A stretch of 48,224 nucleotides of DNA from Candidatus Saccharimonadales bacterium (GTDB taxonomy: Bacteria; Patescibacteriota; Microgenomatia; Curtissbacterales; GWA2-41-24): assembly GCA_035480415.1 (NCBI GenBank), contig DATIHT010000015.1, positions 1 to 48,224 on the forward strand, read 5' to 3'. Each line of letters opens with the position of its first letter. Positions within the stretch are counted from its first letter, which is position 1. Below the pieces are notes generated by a model. That model saw nothing but the letters and a program-made list of their open reading frames with translations. It did no database searches and was not told the origin of the DNA. Position numbers and translations under genes: made by a program. Positions 8,528-16,776 of the stretch are shown here, in pieces.

Positions 8528-10236
8528 TTTTTTGAGAAAACTAACGCAAGTAAGCCTGCGATTGAAACTAAGCTTATCATATTTGCCAGGTTCATAAGCG
8601 GCGTATTTTGGAAATTGACAGCAACCTTATGGCTACCGCTTGGAATATCAAGTGCGATCAGTCCAAGACGATTATTATTTTGAGTTTGTACCTCTTGGCC
8701 GTCTATATGTACCTTCCAGAAGGGGAAACTGTATAAATTTATCAGTATATTGGAATTTTCTTTGGAATTAATATCAAAAGTTACCTTGTTAGCATTTTCC
8801 CGCAAATTTGCAATACTGACATCTCCGGATTCCACACTTACTCTTTGATTTTCTATTTGATCTTTTTTGATGTCCAAAACGTTTGCTCCCCTATCGTTTT
8901 TTGCAAGTTCTATTCCTTTGGGTAGATATTCATACGATGTTTGGGATACATCCCACTTGATAGTCTCGTCTGAGGTCGCTTTTTGGTCTGTTAAATCGGG
9001 CCTGTATGTTTGGGGTTTAAATAACTTTAAGTTTGGAACAATTAAGACGATCAATAGTGGAATTGATACTAGCAACCGCAGTATTGGGAGTCTTAGGCTC
9101 CATATAAATGCTCCTGCAAGAAAAGAACTAAATAGTGCTGTAAATGTTAAGTATCTCCAGGGAAACTGTAAGTATTGAAGAGGCTTGAGAATATCCCACG
9201 AGAATTTAGAGTAAGGAGTCGTCATGAAGGCAGAGAAGACGAAAAGAGCAAAAAAAGTAGGTAGTAGGTAGTAGGTAGTAGGTAGTAGTTTTTTACGTCT
9301 GTTCAAGATAATTACTGTGGCTGATATTAAAAATACGGCCGCTGATACTAAAACATGCAATTTACCAATTTTGAACGATATACCATCGTTCAACCCAGGC
9401 GCCGAACCGCCAAAACCCCACGGCCAATTCCAAAGTTGCTGCGGATATACAAAATGGATTGTGTAACTTGCCAGATTAACAAGCAGAAATTGATCAACCA
9501 AGGTAAGACTTTTTTCCACTATTGCAGGTAGCCAAAAAAAGGCAGAGAGACCTGCTGATAATACTGCTGACTTCAAAAAAGCCGCAAACAAAAACCCTTT
9601 ATCTTTGGAAATTAGCATTAGCAATAATAAGTAAAATGGCACAATTGTCATAAAAGGTAAAAATATTAAATTGTGAGTGATCATAAGTAGGGCCAAAAAT
9701 AATGCGGATAAATAAATATAGATTGGCTTTTTAGTCTCTGTAGTCTGCCAGAAGGACCAAAAGATTAAAGGCAACCATACAAAAGTAAAACTTTCTGCAA
9801 GTGCTCCCCTTACATATACATCGAGTGCCCTATATGGAACAAAAATGTAAAAAGCGGTAGCTACTAAACCAGGTACTTTCCCCCACATTGTTTTGGCAGC
9901 GAGATACATTGCAAATGCCGAACCTAAAATTGATGTGAAGATGACCAGTTTTGTGGCGTCGATGAATCCCAAACCGGCAAGATGATAAATTTCTCCTACC
10001 ATGTAAACCAGAGGCGGATAGAAAACAAATAAAGGATAACCATATCCGAAACCCAAACCACTTAACCATCTAACGGGAAACTGGCCGGATTTTAATGTTT
10101 GATCATATAGATATAGCCGCGCTATTTGCTGATCATCGTGGATTTGATAAAGTCCGGGTTTTAAAAGAGGAAGAGAAACAATAATCGAAAATACAAGAAT
10201 CACGAAAAGTGGTAAAAGATGCTTTGGAAATTTCAT
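8506..10236 (-). CDS. Polytopic GT-C-like membrane protein, PTPS-related/YfhO-like family
   Basis: N-terminal HDDQQIARLYLYDQTLKSGQFPVRW...GYGYPLFVFYPPLVY, many TM segments, and a C-terminal module ...WKVHIDGQEV...IPSGSHKVAVNF followed by a final TM. Paralog of 16755..18347. ATGA overlap with the upstream gene. Confidence 0.65.
   Translation of the reverse strand: MKFPKHLLPLFVILVFSIIVSLPLLKPGLYQIHDDQQIARLYLYDQTLKSGQFPVRWLSGLGFGYGYPLFVFYPPLVYMVGEIYHLAGLGFIDATKLVIFTSILGSAFAMYLAAKTMWGKVPGLVATAFYIFVPYRALDVYVRGALAESFTFVWLPLIFWSFWQTTETKKPIYIYLSALFLALLMITHNLIFLPFMTIVPFYLLLLMLISKDKGFLFAAFLKSAVLSAGLSAFFWLPAIVEKSLTLVDQFLLVNLASYTIHFVYPQQLWNWPWGFGGSAPGLNDGISFKIGKLHVLVSAAVFLISATVIILNRRKKLLPTTYYLLPTFFALFVFSAFMTTPYSKFSWDILKPLQYLQFPWRYLTFTALFSSFLAGAFIWSLRLPILRLLVSIPLLIVLIVPNLKLFKPQTYRPDLTDQKATSDETIKWDVSQTSYEYLPKGIELAKNDRGANVLDIKKDQIENQRVSVESGDVSIANLRENANKVTFDINSKENSNILINLYSFPFWKVHIDGQEVQTQNNNRLGLIALDIPSGSHKVAVNFQNTPLMNLANMISLVSIAGLLALVFSKKWQKNRN
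9257..9288. repeat. Perfect heptanucleotide tandem repeat (GTAGGTA) x4.6 inside the GT-C coding sequence
   Basis: Read directly: gtaggta gtaggta gtaggta gtaggta gtag. On the coding strand this is CTACTAC... and encodes LLPTTYYLLPT. Confidence 0.9.
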
Positions 10237-11654
10237 TTGATGTTGATGTAGGTTACACCAGGAGCTGGTGTCGACTCTTTAGATTCTTCAAAAGTAGTCA
10301 TTACCTTCCTATTATAAATCACCCACAGAGCATATTGATCCATTAGTGACTGGCTAGTCTGATAGTTGGCAGGATAGATTGTAATTTTACTCTTGTGTAG
10401 ATCATTTTGTGTTTTTACAGCCTGCACAATCATTTTTGATATGTTCTCTTCTGCCCCAATCCAATGGGTCTTTCTGGTAAAAGAGACACTAAGGACCGAT
10501 GTTGAGATATACGACGCACCCAAAATCAGAACGAGTATCCGCTTAAGACTTTCCGATTTAATATTTGTTATTAAATATGCAACAAAAAATATAATTGAAA
10601 GCGAGGGTATTGATAAATAATAGGGAAAGCTATGATCTGGTAGAAAAAGTACCGGTGCAAGAGCACAGGTGAAAAGGCCGATACAAAATATCCCTACAAT
10701 AAATGTTTTTTTGTTAAGGTTTTTGTATACCAAAATTACTGTTGTTAATGTAAACAAAGCGAACGACGTGAATATTGGTTTTACATAAGGAGAAAATGGT
10801 TGGAGAAATGTTGGATCAGCTTTATCTATTGAGAGACTGGCAAGGTGAAAATGATATTTCAGCACTTCTGGTAAGTTTAATAGCCACAAAAAGTACCAGA
10901 TTAAATTTGTAAAAGCTCTTGTGTCTATTGTTAATGCATAGTTACTGTCTACTGGAACTTTGTAAATTAAGAGTCTACATAAAATGTAAAGAAAAATGAC
11001 AATTAGAGTTGGCGTTTGAACTTTTGCCATTTTCTTAACGTCTGGCTTGTTTTCATATAATTCCAGGGCAACTGCATACACAGGTAGAATCAATGCGAAC
11101 TCGGTTGATGAAAGTGCAAGGATAAAACTAATAGTTATGAGGATTACCGATTTGATACTTAATCTGTCTTTTAGATCCAAAAAAAGTTTTAGGGTCAACA
11201 GAAAGAAAAATGTACCTATGATGTTCCAGGTTAATGACAACCAGGATAATGTCATGAAATGAAATGCGGCAGATGAAAATAATATGGTGCTAATAGATGC
11301 TGCAAATTTATTTTTAAAGATTCTTCCTGCCAGGGTCCAAATCAGTGCAATATTTACCAAATGAAGTAAGAAGGCAACCGAGTGGAACAATAAAGGATTA
11401 AGACCAAAGATTTTTTGTGAGGCGAAAAAAAACAGTTGCATTCCAAGGGGGCGAAAGTAGATAACATCCTGTCTGAACCAGAGAAGCGAGAAGAATTCCT
11501 TTAGAGTATGAATATTGGTTTGGTATAGTACAAACCAATCATCCTGAAAGAAAAAATAACTCAGGCCTTTTGCGAAAATAGTGACGGTAGTGGCAATAAC
11601 AGCTAAAATTGTGAGTAGTAGTATCAGGTCGGGCTTTTTGAAGATTTTTTGCAT
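10233..11654 (-). CDS. Polytopic GT-C-like glycosyltransferase (PMT_2/TMTC-like N-terminal motif)
   Basis: FFQDDWFV...IYFRPLGMQLFFFASQKIFGLNPLLFHSVAFLLHLVN resembles the DD...YRP...FH motif of PMT_2/TMTC-type GT-C enzymes. About 12 TM segments. Confidence 0.5.
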   Translation of the reverse strand: MQKIFKKPDLILLLTILAVIATTVTIFAKGLSYFFFQDDWFVLYQTNIHTLKEFFSLLWFRQDVIYFRPLGMQLFFFASQKIFGLNPLLFHSVAFLLHLVNIALIWTLAGRIFKNKFAASISTILFSSAAFHFMTLSWLSLTWNIIGTFFFLLTLKLFLDLKDRLSIKSVILITISFILALSSTEFALILPVYAVALELYENKPDVKKMAKVQTPTLIVIFLYILCRLLIYKVPVDSNYALTIDTRAFTNLIWYFLWLLNLPEVLKYHFHLASLSIDKADPTFLQPFSPYVKPIFTSFALFTLTTVILVYKNLNKKTFIVGIFCIGLFTCALAPVLFLPDHSFPYYLSIPSLSIIFFVAYLITNIKSESLKRILVLILGASYISTSVLSVSFTRKTHWIGAEENISKMIVQAVKTQNDLHKSKITIYPANYQTSQSLMDQYALWVIYNRKVMTTFEESKESTPAPGVTYINIK

Positions 11655-11661
11655 CTAATAA

Positions 11662-11670
11662 ATTGTAACA
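11662..11670 (-). promoter_or_regulatory. Extended -10 element TGtTACAAT, 7 nt upstream of ATG 11654 (possible leaderless transcript)
   Basis: Minus strand reads ...ctcTGTTACAATttattagATG. No convincing -35 element. Confidence 0.3.
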
Positions 11671-11691
11671 GAGAGGTTGTTTTACTGGAAA

Positions 11692-13626
11692 ATGTCGTTA
11701 ATTATTGACACGTTAAAATTTTGTGTTTTCTCCGTTTTTGTTTTTTATATTCCTGGAAAATATTTAATTTCCTGGGTAAAGGCTGATCTTGACTCAATTC
11801 AGAACATTTCGGCAAGCTTTGTCTCGGGAATACTTTTTTTCTGCCTGGTTTCAATCTTAAGAGGGCTTATTGGTGTTAATTTTTTTGCAGTTTTTGCTGC
11901 TTTTATTATTTTTGATTTATGGACCGTTGTACATAAAAAGGTTCAGTTAAAATTTGAAGCTAGGCCTGAACTTTTACTGCTGATTTTTGCCTCCATTGTA
12001 TTTGCTATTCTTGCTGGCATTAATCTTTTTAAATCAGGAATAAGTACGCATGATGGGTTGGTCATGGCCGTTGGAATTCATGATCCGCTACAACATTTGG
12101 CAATTATTGGACAATTACAAAACAATTTTCCTCCAAAAAATCCTTTCTTCTCCGGAGTTGCTTTAAGTAATTATCATTATTTTGCTGATATTTTAATCGC
12201 TGGTGTCTTGGATGCAGTTCATATCGATAGATTCAACTTTTATTTTAGAATTTTCCCTTTTTTCAATGCTGTGCTTTTTGCCTTTTCCTGCTACAGCCTT
12301 ATGGCTGCACTTACAAAGAAAATTATAATAAGAGTCTTTGGGTTATTATTGTGTGCCTTTGGCGGTACTTTTGCATATTTACTTATTTTTTTATTGCCGA
12401 ATGTCAGGTGGTCTGGGGTAACTTTTTGGGTGGATCAACCTTTTGCACAGCTTTTTAACCCACAGACATATTTGGGGTACAGTCTTTTTTTTGTAGGCTC
12501 AATGTTTCTTATTTTTAGCACGAAGGCCAAAGGCATCAGCACTTTACTGACAGCTGGTTTATTGCTGGGGTTTATTTTCCCGTTCAAGGTTTTTGGCGCA
12601 GTTATTTGTGTTGGGAGCATGTTTGGACTGGCGATTTACATGGCAGTATTTTTTAGGAATTATAAATACTTCATACCGTTTATTATTTCGGCCTCAGTCT
12701 TTTTGATACTATCGATAACTACTGTTAGCAGTTATCGTAACGGGCTCTATTTTGCTCCCGGATGGTCACTGTCAGTTCTGGTCGAGTCTCCAGACAGATT
12801 GAATTTGGTGGACTGGTCTCTAAAGCTGCAGTACTACAAACAGGATCATAATCTGCTTCGAATAATTCAAATATATGGTCAGGAAATATTTATTTTTGTT
12901 TTTGGAAATTTAGGAGTTCGAACAATTGGAGCGATTTTTCTCCTATTTTTGCTATTGAAAAATGTTTTCAGGGTGCAAGCTGAACATCTATTTTTCTTTT
13001 TTTGTATAGTGATTTCATTTTTGATTCCCCTTATTTTTAACCAAGGTTCGTCACCATATGATATTTTTCAATTTGTGCCATTTGGATTACTAACAGCTTC
13101 GATATTTTCGGCTTTGTTTTTGGAAAACCTACTCAAAAGATTTAATGGTGCAAATATCGCAATTATTTTATTTGGTTTATTAGTGCTGCTTTTTAGCATT
13201 CCCACTACCCTTTTGGATATTCATGACCATATAGCGAACGACTTTTACGTTGTTGATCAAAAAAATATTGACGCTTTTAATTTTATTGCTAACAACTCAT
13301 CAAAAAATGATGTAGTTTTGGTTTATCCAGATAAAGAAAATTTAAATGCTGCCTATGTAGGTGCTTTTTCAAGAAGGATTTCATACGTGTCTGACATTGG
13401 AAGTACTAACATAACCGCCGTTGATGGCAGGGGGAGAGCCAATACCGCACTTGAATTTTTTAACAATTTCGCAAATGACCAAAGAGTTAAGTTTTTGGAA
13501 GAAAACAATATTGCCTTTATACTACTACCTACCATTGGTACTGGCGATTTTAATCCAAAGAAAGCAAATTTGCCGCTTGAGAAGGTATTTGAAAATGAGA
13601 AATCGATTGTATACAGAAGAAACTAG
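11692..13626 (+). CDS. Large polytopic membrane protein of unknown family with a C-terminal extracytoplasmic domain (putative GT-C or polymerase-like)
   Basis: 644 aa from ATG 11692. The track starts at TTG 11677, and a GAGAGG sits 15 nt upstream of the ATG. More than 14 hydrophobic segments, then a soluble C-terminal ~130 aa. I recognise no diagnostic motif. Confidence 0.6.
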   Translation: MSLIIDTLKFCVFSVFVFYIPGKYLISWVKADLDSIQNISASFVSGILFFCLVSILRGLIGVNFFAVFAAFIIFDLWTVVHKKVQLKFEARPELLLLIFASIVFAILAGINLFKSGISTHDGLVMAVGIHDPLQHLAIIGQLQNNFPPKNPFFSGVALSNYHYFADILIAGVLDAVHIDRFNFYFRIFPFFNAVLFAFSCYSLMAALTKKIIIRVFGLLLCAFGGTFAYLLIFLLPNVRWSGVTFWVDQPFAQLFNPQTYLGYSLFFVGSMFLIFSTKAKGISTLLTAGLLLGFIFPFKVFGAVICVGSMFGLAIYMAVFFRNYKYFIPFIISASVFLILSITTVSSYRNGLYFAPGWSLSVLVESPDRLNLVDWSLKLQYYKQDHNLLRIIQIYGQEIFIFVFGNLGVRTIGAIFLLFLLLKNVFRVQAEHLFFFFCIVISFLIPLIFNQGSSPYDIFQFVPFGLLTASIFSALFLENLLKRFNGANIAIILFGLLVLLFSIPTTLLDIHDHIANDFYVVDQKNIDAFNFIANNSSKNDVVLVYPDKENLNAAYVGAFSRRISYVSDIGSTNITAVDGRGRANTALEFFNNFANDQRVKFLEENNIAFILLPTIGTGDFNPKKANLPLEKVFENEKSIVYRRN

Positions 13627-14336
13627 CGACTCTTGGGATAGCCATGAAGTCTCTGGGTGATTGTCCACATATACCATTTCATATATTTAGGCAACCACTT
13701 GGAAAGATAAAATCTTGATTCTTTTGCCAAATATGTCCATGTTGTAGGAACTTCAGTAATTTTATATCCATCTATAAATGCCTTGACCGTTAATTCTGTT
13801 GAGAGCTCAAAGCCTCCGTCTGACTCTATCTTTTGCGCTTCTATAAACTTTTTAGAATAAAGCCTGAAGGAATTGCTAACATCGTGAGTTGGAATTGCCG
13901 TTAGATAATGCAGGCTTATTCCTGCAACGCGTGATAAAAATTGTTTTAGCAGTGGTCCTCCTATTTGATGTCCGCCTTTCATGTATCTGGATGCTGCAAC
14001 AACGTCGTATCCATCTTTGAACTTTTCCATCATTTTGTTCAGGGGTCTTGGGTCGTCTGTAAGATCTGCCATCATTGTACAAACCGCTTCGCCTTGAGCT
14101 TTTTTCAAACCTGTCTTGAGAGCGTTAAGCGCTCCCCTGCCATATATATTTTTTACGAGTTTAACATTCGGATATTTTTTTTGAAGTTTTCTAACCGGTG
14201 GAACCGTCGTGTCATTGTCCATATCGTAGACAATTAAAAGCTCGTGAGGTGTTTTTACTATTTCCTCAACTCTTTTTATTGTTTCTGATATTACTTTGCC
14301 TTCGTTGTACACAGGCATTACGATTGATAATTTCAT
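13623..14336 (-). CDS. GT2 polyprenyl-phosphate sugar synthase (Dpm1/GtrB-like catalytic domain)
   Basis: MKLSIVMPVYNE...LLIVYDMDNDTT...MMADLTDDP...ASRY matches dolichyl/undecaprenyl-phosphate glycosyltransferase motifs. No TM region. Confidence 0.7.
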   Translation of the reverse strand: MKLSIVMPVYNEGKVISETIKRVEEIVKTPHELLIVYDMDNDTTVPPVRKLQKKYPNVKLVKNIYGRGALNALKTGLKKAQGEAVCTMMADLTDDPRPLNKMMEKFKDGYDVVAASRYMKGGHQIGGPLLKQFLSRVAGISLHYLTAIPTHDVSNSFRLYSKKFIEAQKIESDGGFELSTELTVKAFIDGYKITEVPTTWTYLAKESRFYLSKWLPKYMKWYMWTITQRLHGYPKSR

Positions 14337-14373
14337 TTACTTGATTGTATAGGAGGGTAAGTTGTTAATCAAT

Positions 14374-15696
14374 TTAAAAGATTTCCCCGAGGCCGTCTTC
14401 TATTGAACTGTCATTCTGACTTTTTGATGTGTGAGTCTCAATAGACTCAATCGGGAAGATTATTTTATTTGTTCCAAATACATTCCATACATCACAAACG
14501 ATACAGTTTTTGGCAACTAATTTGCTTAACTTTTTTATATCCATTTTTTTGTAGAAGTTGTGATTGGTTGCCACAAATACAAGTTCCGCACCTTTTAATG
14601 TCTCGTTTAGATCGTTTTGATAAGCTGGAATGTACGGGTCGTGTAAAAATACTTTCGCTCTCTCTCGCTCTAGTGCTTTTTTAACTTTGAAAGCAAGTGA
14701 TTCTCGAACATCATCAATTTCTGCTTTGAACGCCATACCCAGAACAACAGACTTTTTGCCTTGCAGTTTCATTTTTTCTCTGACTTTTTTGATCAAAAAA
14801 AGCGGAATTGATTCATTTAACTTCCAGCTAGTTGTAATTAAATCTGAAAAAGGTACATCCCCTACCAAGAAGAAACCGTCTTTAAAAAGACATGGTCCAC
14901 CGGTTAAACCTGGCATTGCGAGCCCTCCTCTTTTGTAGTTTTTGTTAACGAGATCGACTACCTGGTAGATATCTCTGTGGTAGTTGCCTGCAAGAATCAT
15001 GAATTCGTTGGCAATTGCGAAGTTAATATATCTATACATATTGGTGAATAGTTTTGCGAGTTCTGCCGATGTTGAATCTGAAACATTTACTTCAATGCCC
15101 ATTGATTTGAAGAATGTGGCAGCCTTTTGTGCACTGTTTCTTTCTGATCCGCCAACTATTTGAGGTAGAAACTCAAGTTCAGTAAGTGACTTGCCTTCTG
15201 AGATTCTTTCTGGGCAAAAAGCCAGGTAGAAATTTTCTCCTATTTTAAATCCTTCCTCTTCTAGGTAAGACTTAACGTACTGCGTTGTTCCGGGAGATAC
15301 GGTTGATCTTAGAATTAGAAGTTGGCCTTTTTTCATATGCGGCCTGGCAACTGCTAGTGCTCTGTCTATTTGGACCAGAGATGGATTCATATTCTCATCA
15401 ACTGGGGTTCCAAGGGTTAGGATGATTACGTTTGATTTTGCGATATTTGAAAAATCTGTGGTTGCGACGAAACTCTTGTTTACGTGCTTTTCGAGCATTG
15501 CCTGGGCGCCTTCTTCCATAAAGGGCATGACTTTTTTGCTTATTATGTCTATTTTTGCCTGATCAACGTCCAGACCGTAAACGAAGTAGCCTTTTTCGGC
15601 CAAGAAGAGCGCCAGAGGTAAACCTACTCTGCCAATACCAACAACGCTGACTGTGCCTTTTACATTTTTCCCCGTGCTTTTTGGTCCTGAAGCCAT
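14374..15696 (-). CDS. Nucleotide-sugar dehydrogenase (UDP-glucose/GDP-mannose dehydrogenase family; WecC/TviB-like)
   Basis: N-terminal Rossmann VSVVGIGRVGLPLALFLAEKG and catalytic-Cys motif GGPCLFKD. A strong AAGGAGG SD lies 6 nt upstream of ATG 15696, inside the end of the upstream gene (37-nt overlap). Confidence 0.8.
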   Translation of the reverse strand: MASGPKSTGKNVKGTVSVVGIGRVGLPLALFLAEKGYFVYGLDVDQAKIDIISKKVMPFMEEGAQAMLEKHVNKSFVATTDFSNIAKSNVIILTLGTPVDENMNPSLVQIDRALAVARPHMKKGQLLILRSTVSPGTTQYVKSYLEEEGFKIGENFYLAFCPERISEGKSLTELEFLPQIVGGSERNSAQKAATFFKSMGIEVNVSDSTSAELAKLFTNMYRYINFAIANEFMILAGNYHRDIYQVVDLVNKNYKRGGLAMPGLTGGPCLFKDGFFLVGDVPFSDLITTSWKLNESIPLFLIKKVREKMKLQGKKSVVLGMAFKAEIDDVRESLAFKVKKALERERAKVFLHDPYIPAYQNDLNETLKGAELVFVATNHNFYKKMDIKKLSKLVAKNCIVCDVWNVFGTNKIIFPIESIETHTSKSQNDSSIEDGLGEIF

Positions 15697-16658
15697 TGAA
15701 CAACCTCCTTTAGCCCATCTTCAAATTTAACTTTTTGTTCCCAGTTAATTAGTTTTTTCATTTTTGAAATATTTGGAACTCTTCTTCTGATATCGTATTG
15801 GAATCCTTTGACGTATTTAACTTTGAATGGTTTGTCTACTTCCATTATTTCCCAAATCTTTTTGGCAAGATCGATCATTTTAATTTCAACATCTGATCCA
15901 ACATTAAAATCTTCGTTTTGGGCATTTTTATGAAGAGCTACTGTAATTACTCCATCTGCAATATCTTTTACGTGAGTGAAACATCGTGTTTGCTGACCAT
16001 CTCCAAGAAGTTCAAGTGGATATTGACCGGTCATTATTTTCCTGACTAAATCTGGAATAACGTGGGCATAACCAACCTCCCTTTCCGGGAATTCGTTAAT
16101 TCCGTAAGCATTAAATGGTCTGCAAATTGAAAACGGAAGCTTGTACTGATCCCAGAAAGAATGGCAGTACCACTCTCCGGACAACTTTGAGAACCCGTAT
16201 GCTGATATTGGTGGTGGTATTTTTATAATGTCTTCTTCTTTTGACGGGAATGTCGTTGCCGATTCAAAAACCATTGATGAGGAAATGTACACCATTCTTT
16301 TAATTTTTGCCTTTACCGCCGCTTCAAAGGTGCAGCTGTATATTTTGTTGTTTTCCGAAAGTATTGTTGCCGGGAATTTGTGAAAGTAACCAATGCCGCC
16401 GATTTTTGCAGCGGCATTTATACAAATGTCGATTCCCTGGAAAGCTTTTTCCGCTTCCTGGTGATTAGTTAGATCAAGTTTTAGAAATTCTACTCTACTG
16501 TCTACAGATGCATCTTTTTTGGAGAGATTGTCTGCGACCCGGACTGGATATCCTTTATTTAGAAGTTGTCTCACCATCTCGGAACCGATAAATCCGGCGC
16601 CTCCTGTTACGAGAAACTTTAATTTAGAATTGTTTGTTTTTGATGAATTAGCCGTCAT
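15660..16658 (-). CDS. NAD-dependent nucleotide-sugar epimerase/dehydratase (extended SDR)
   Basis: FLVTGGAGFIGSEMV Rossmann motif and YGFSK catalytic YxxxK. Paired with the downstream dehydrogenase, as in TviB/TviC- or WbpO/WbpP-type pairs (inference). Confidence 0.8.
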   Translation of the reverse strand: MTANSSKTNNSKLKFLVTGGAGFIGSEMVRQLLNKGYPVRVADNLSKKDASVDSRVEFLKLDLTNHQEAEKAFQGIDICINAAAKIGGIGYFHKFPATILSENNKIYSCTFEAAVKAKIKRMVYISSSMVFESATTFPSKEEDIIKIPPPISAYGFSKLSGEWYCHSFWDQYKLPFSICRPFNAYGINEFPEREVGYAHVIPDLVRKIMTGQYPLELLGDGQQTRCFTHVKDIADGVITVALHKNAQNEDFNVGSDVEIKMIDLAKKIWEIMEVDKPFKVKYVKGFQYDIRRRVPNISKMKKLINWEQKVKFEDGLKEVVQWLQDQKARGKM

Positions 16659-16666
16659 TAATTGAT

Positions 16667-16776
16667 TACTCCGTTTTGCGCTTCTTTCGCTATTATGGGC
16701 ATTTATTAAAGCCCATAACGGCTACAGAAGACTAGAATCCAGCTCCGCCTGTTACTAAGAATTTTGTTTTCGCCAT
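16667..16776 (-). promoter_or_regulatory. Conserved leader element, copy A: mini-ORF MAKTKFLVTGGAGF-stop, a 20-bp imperfect hairpin and a GGAG SD
   Basis: Mini-ORF 16776->16732. Hairpin 16730->16681 (16 Watson-Crick pairs plus 1 G-U out of 20). GGAG at 16672-16669, 10 nt before ATG 16658. About 80% identical to 32674..32763. Confidence 0.6.

Noticed and set aside
16667-16755. Repeated 90-nt element as a tRNA, a tRNA fragment or a phage att site
   Set aside because: I tried to fold it as a cloverleaf on both strands. There is no acceptor-stem complementarity (GGCGGAG has no CTCCGCC partner) and no T-loop or anticodon arm. No integrase or phage genes lie in the 16 kb between the copies, which contains housekeeping-type genes (pyrB, gmd, ugd). 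Recombination between the direct repeats is kept only as a minor alternative.
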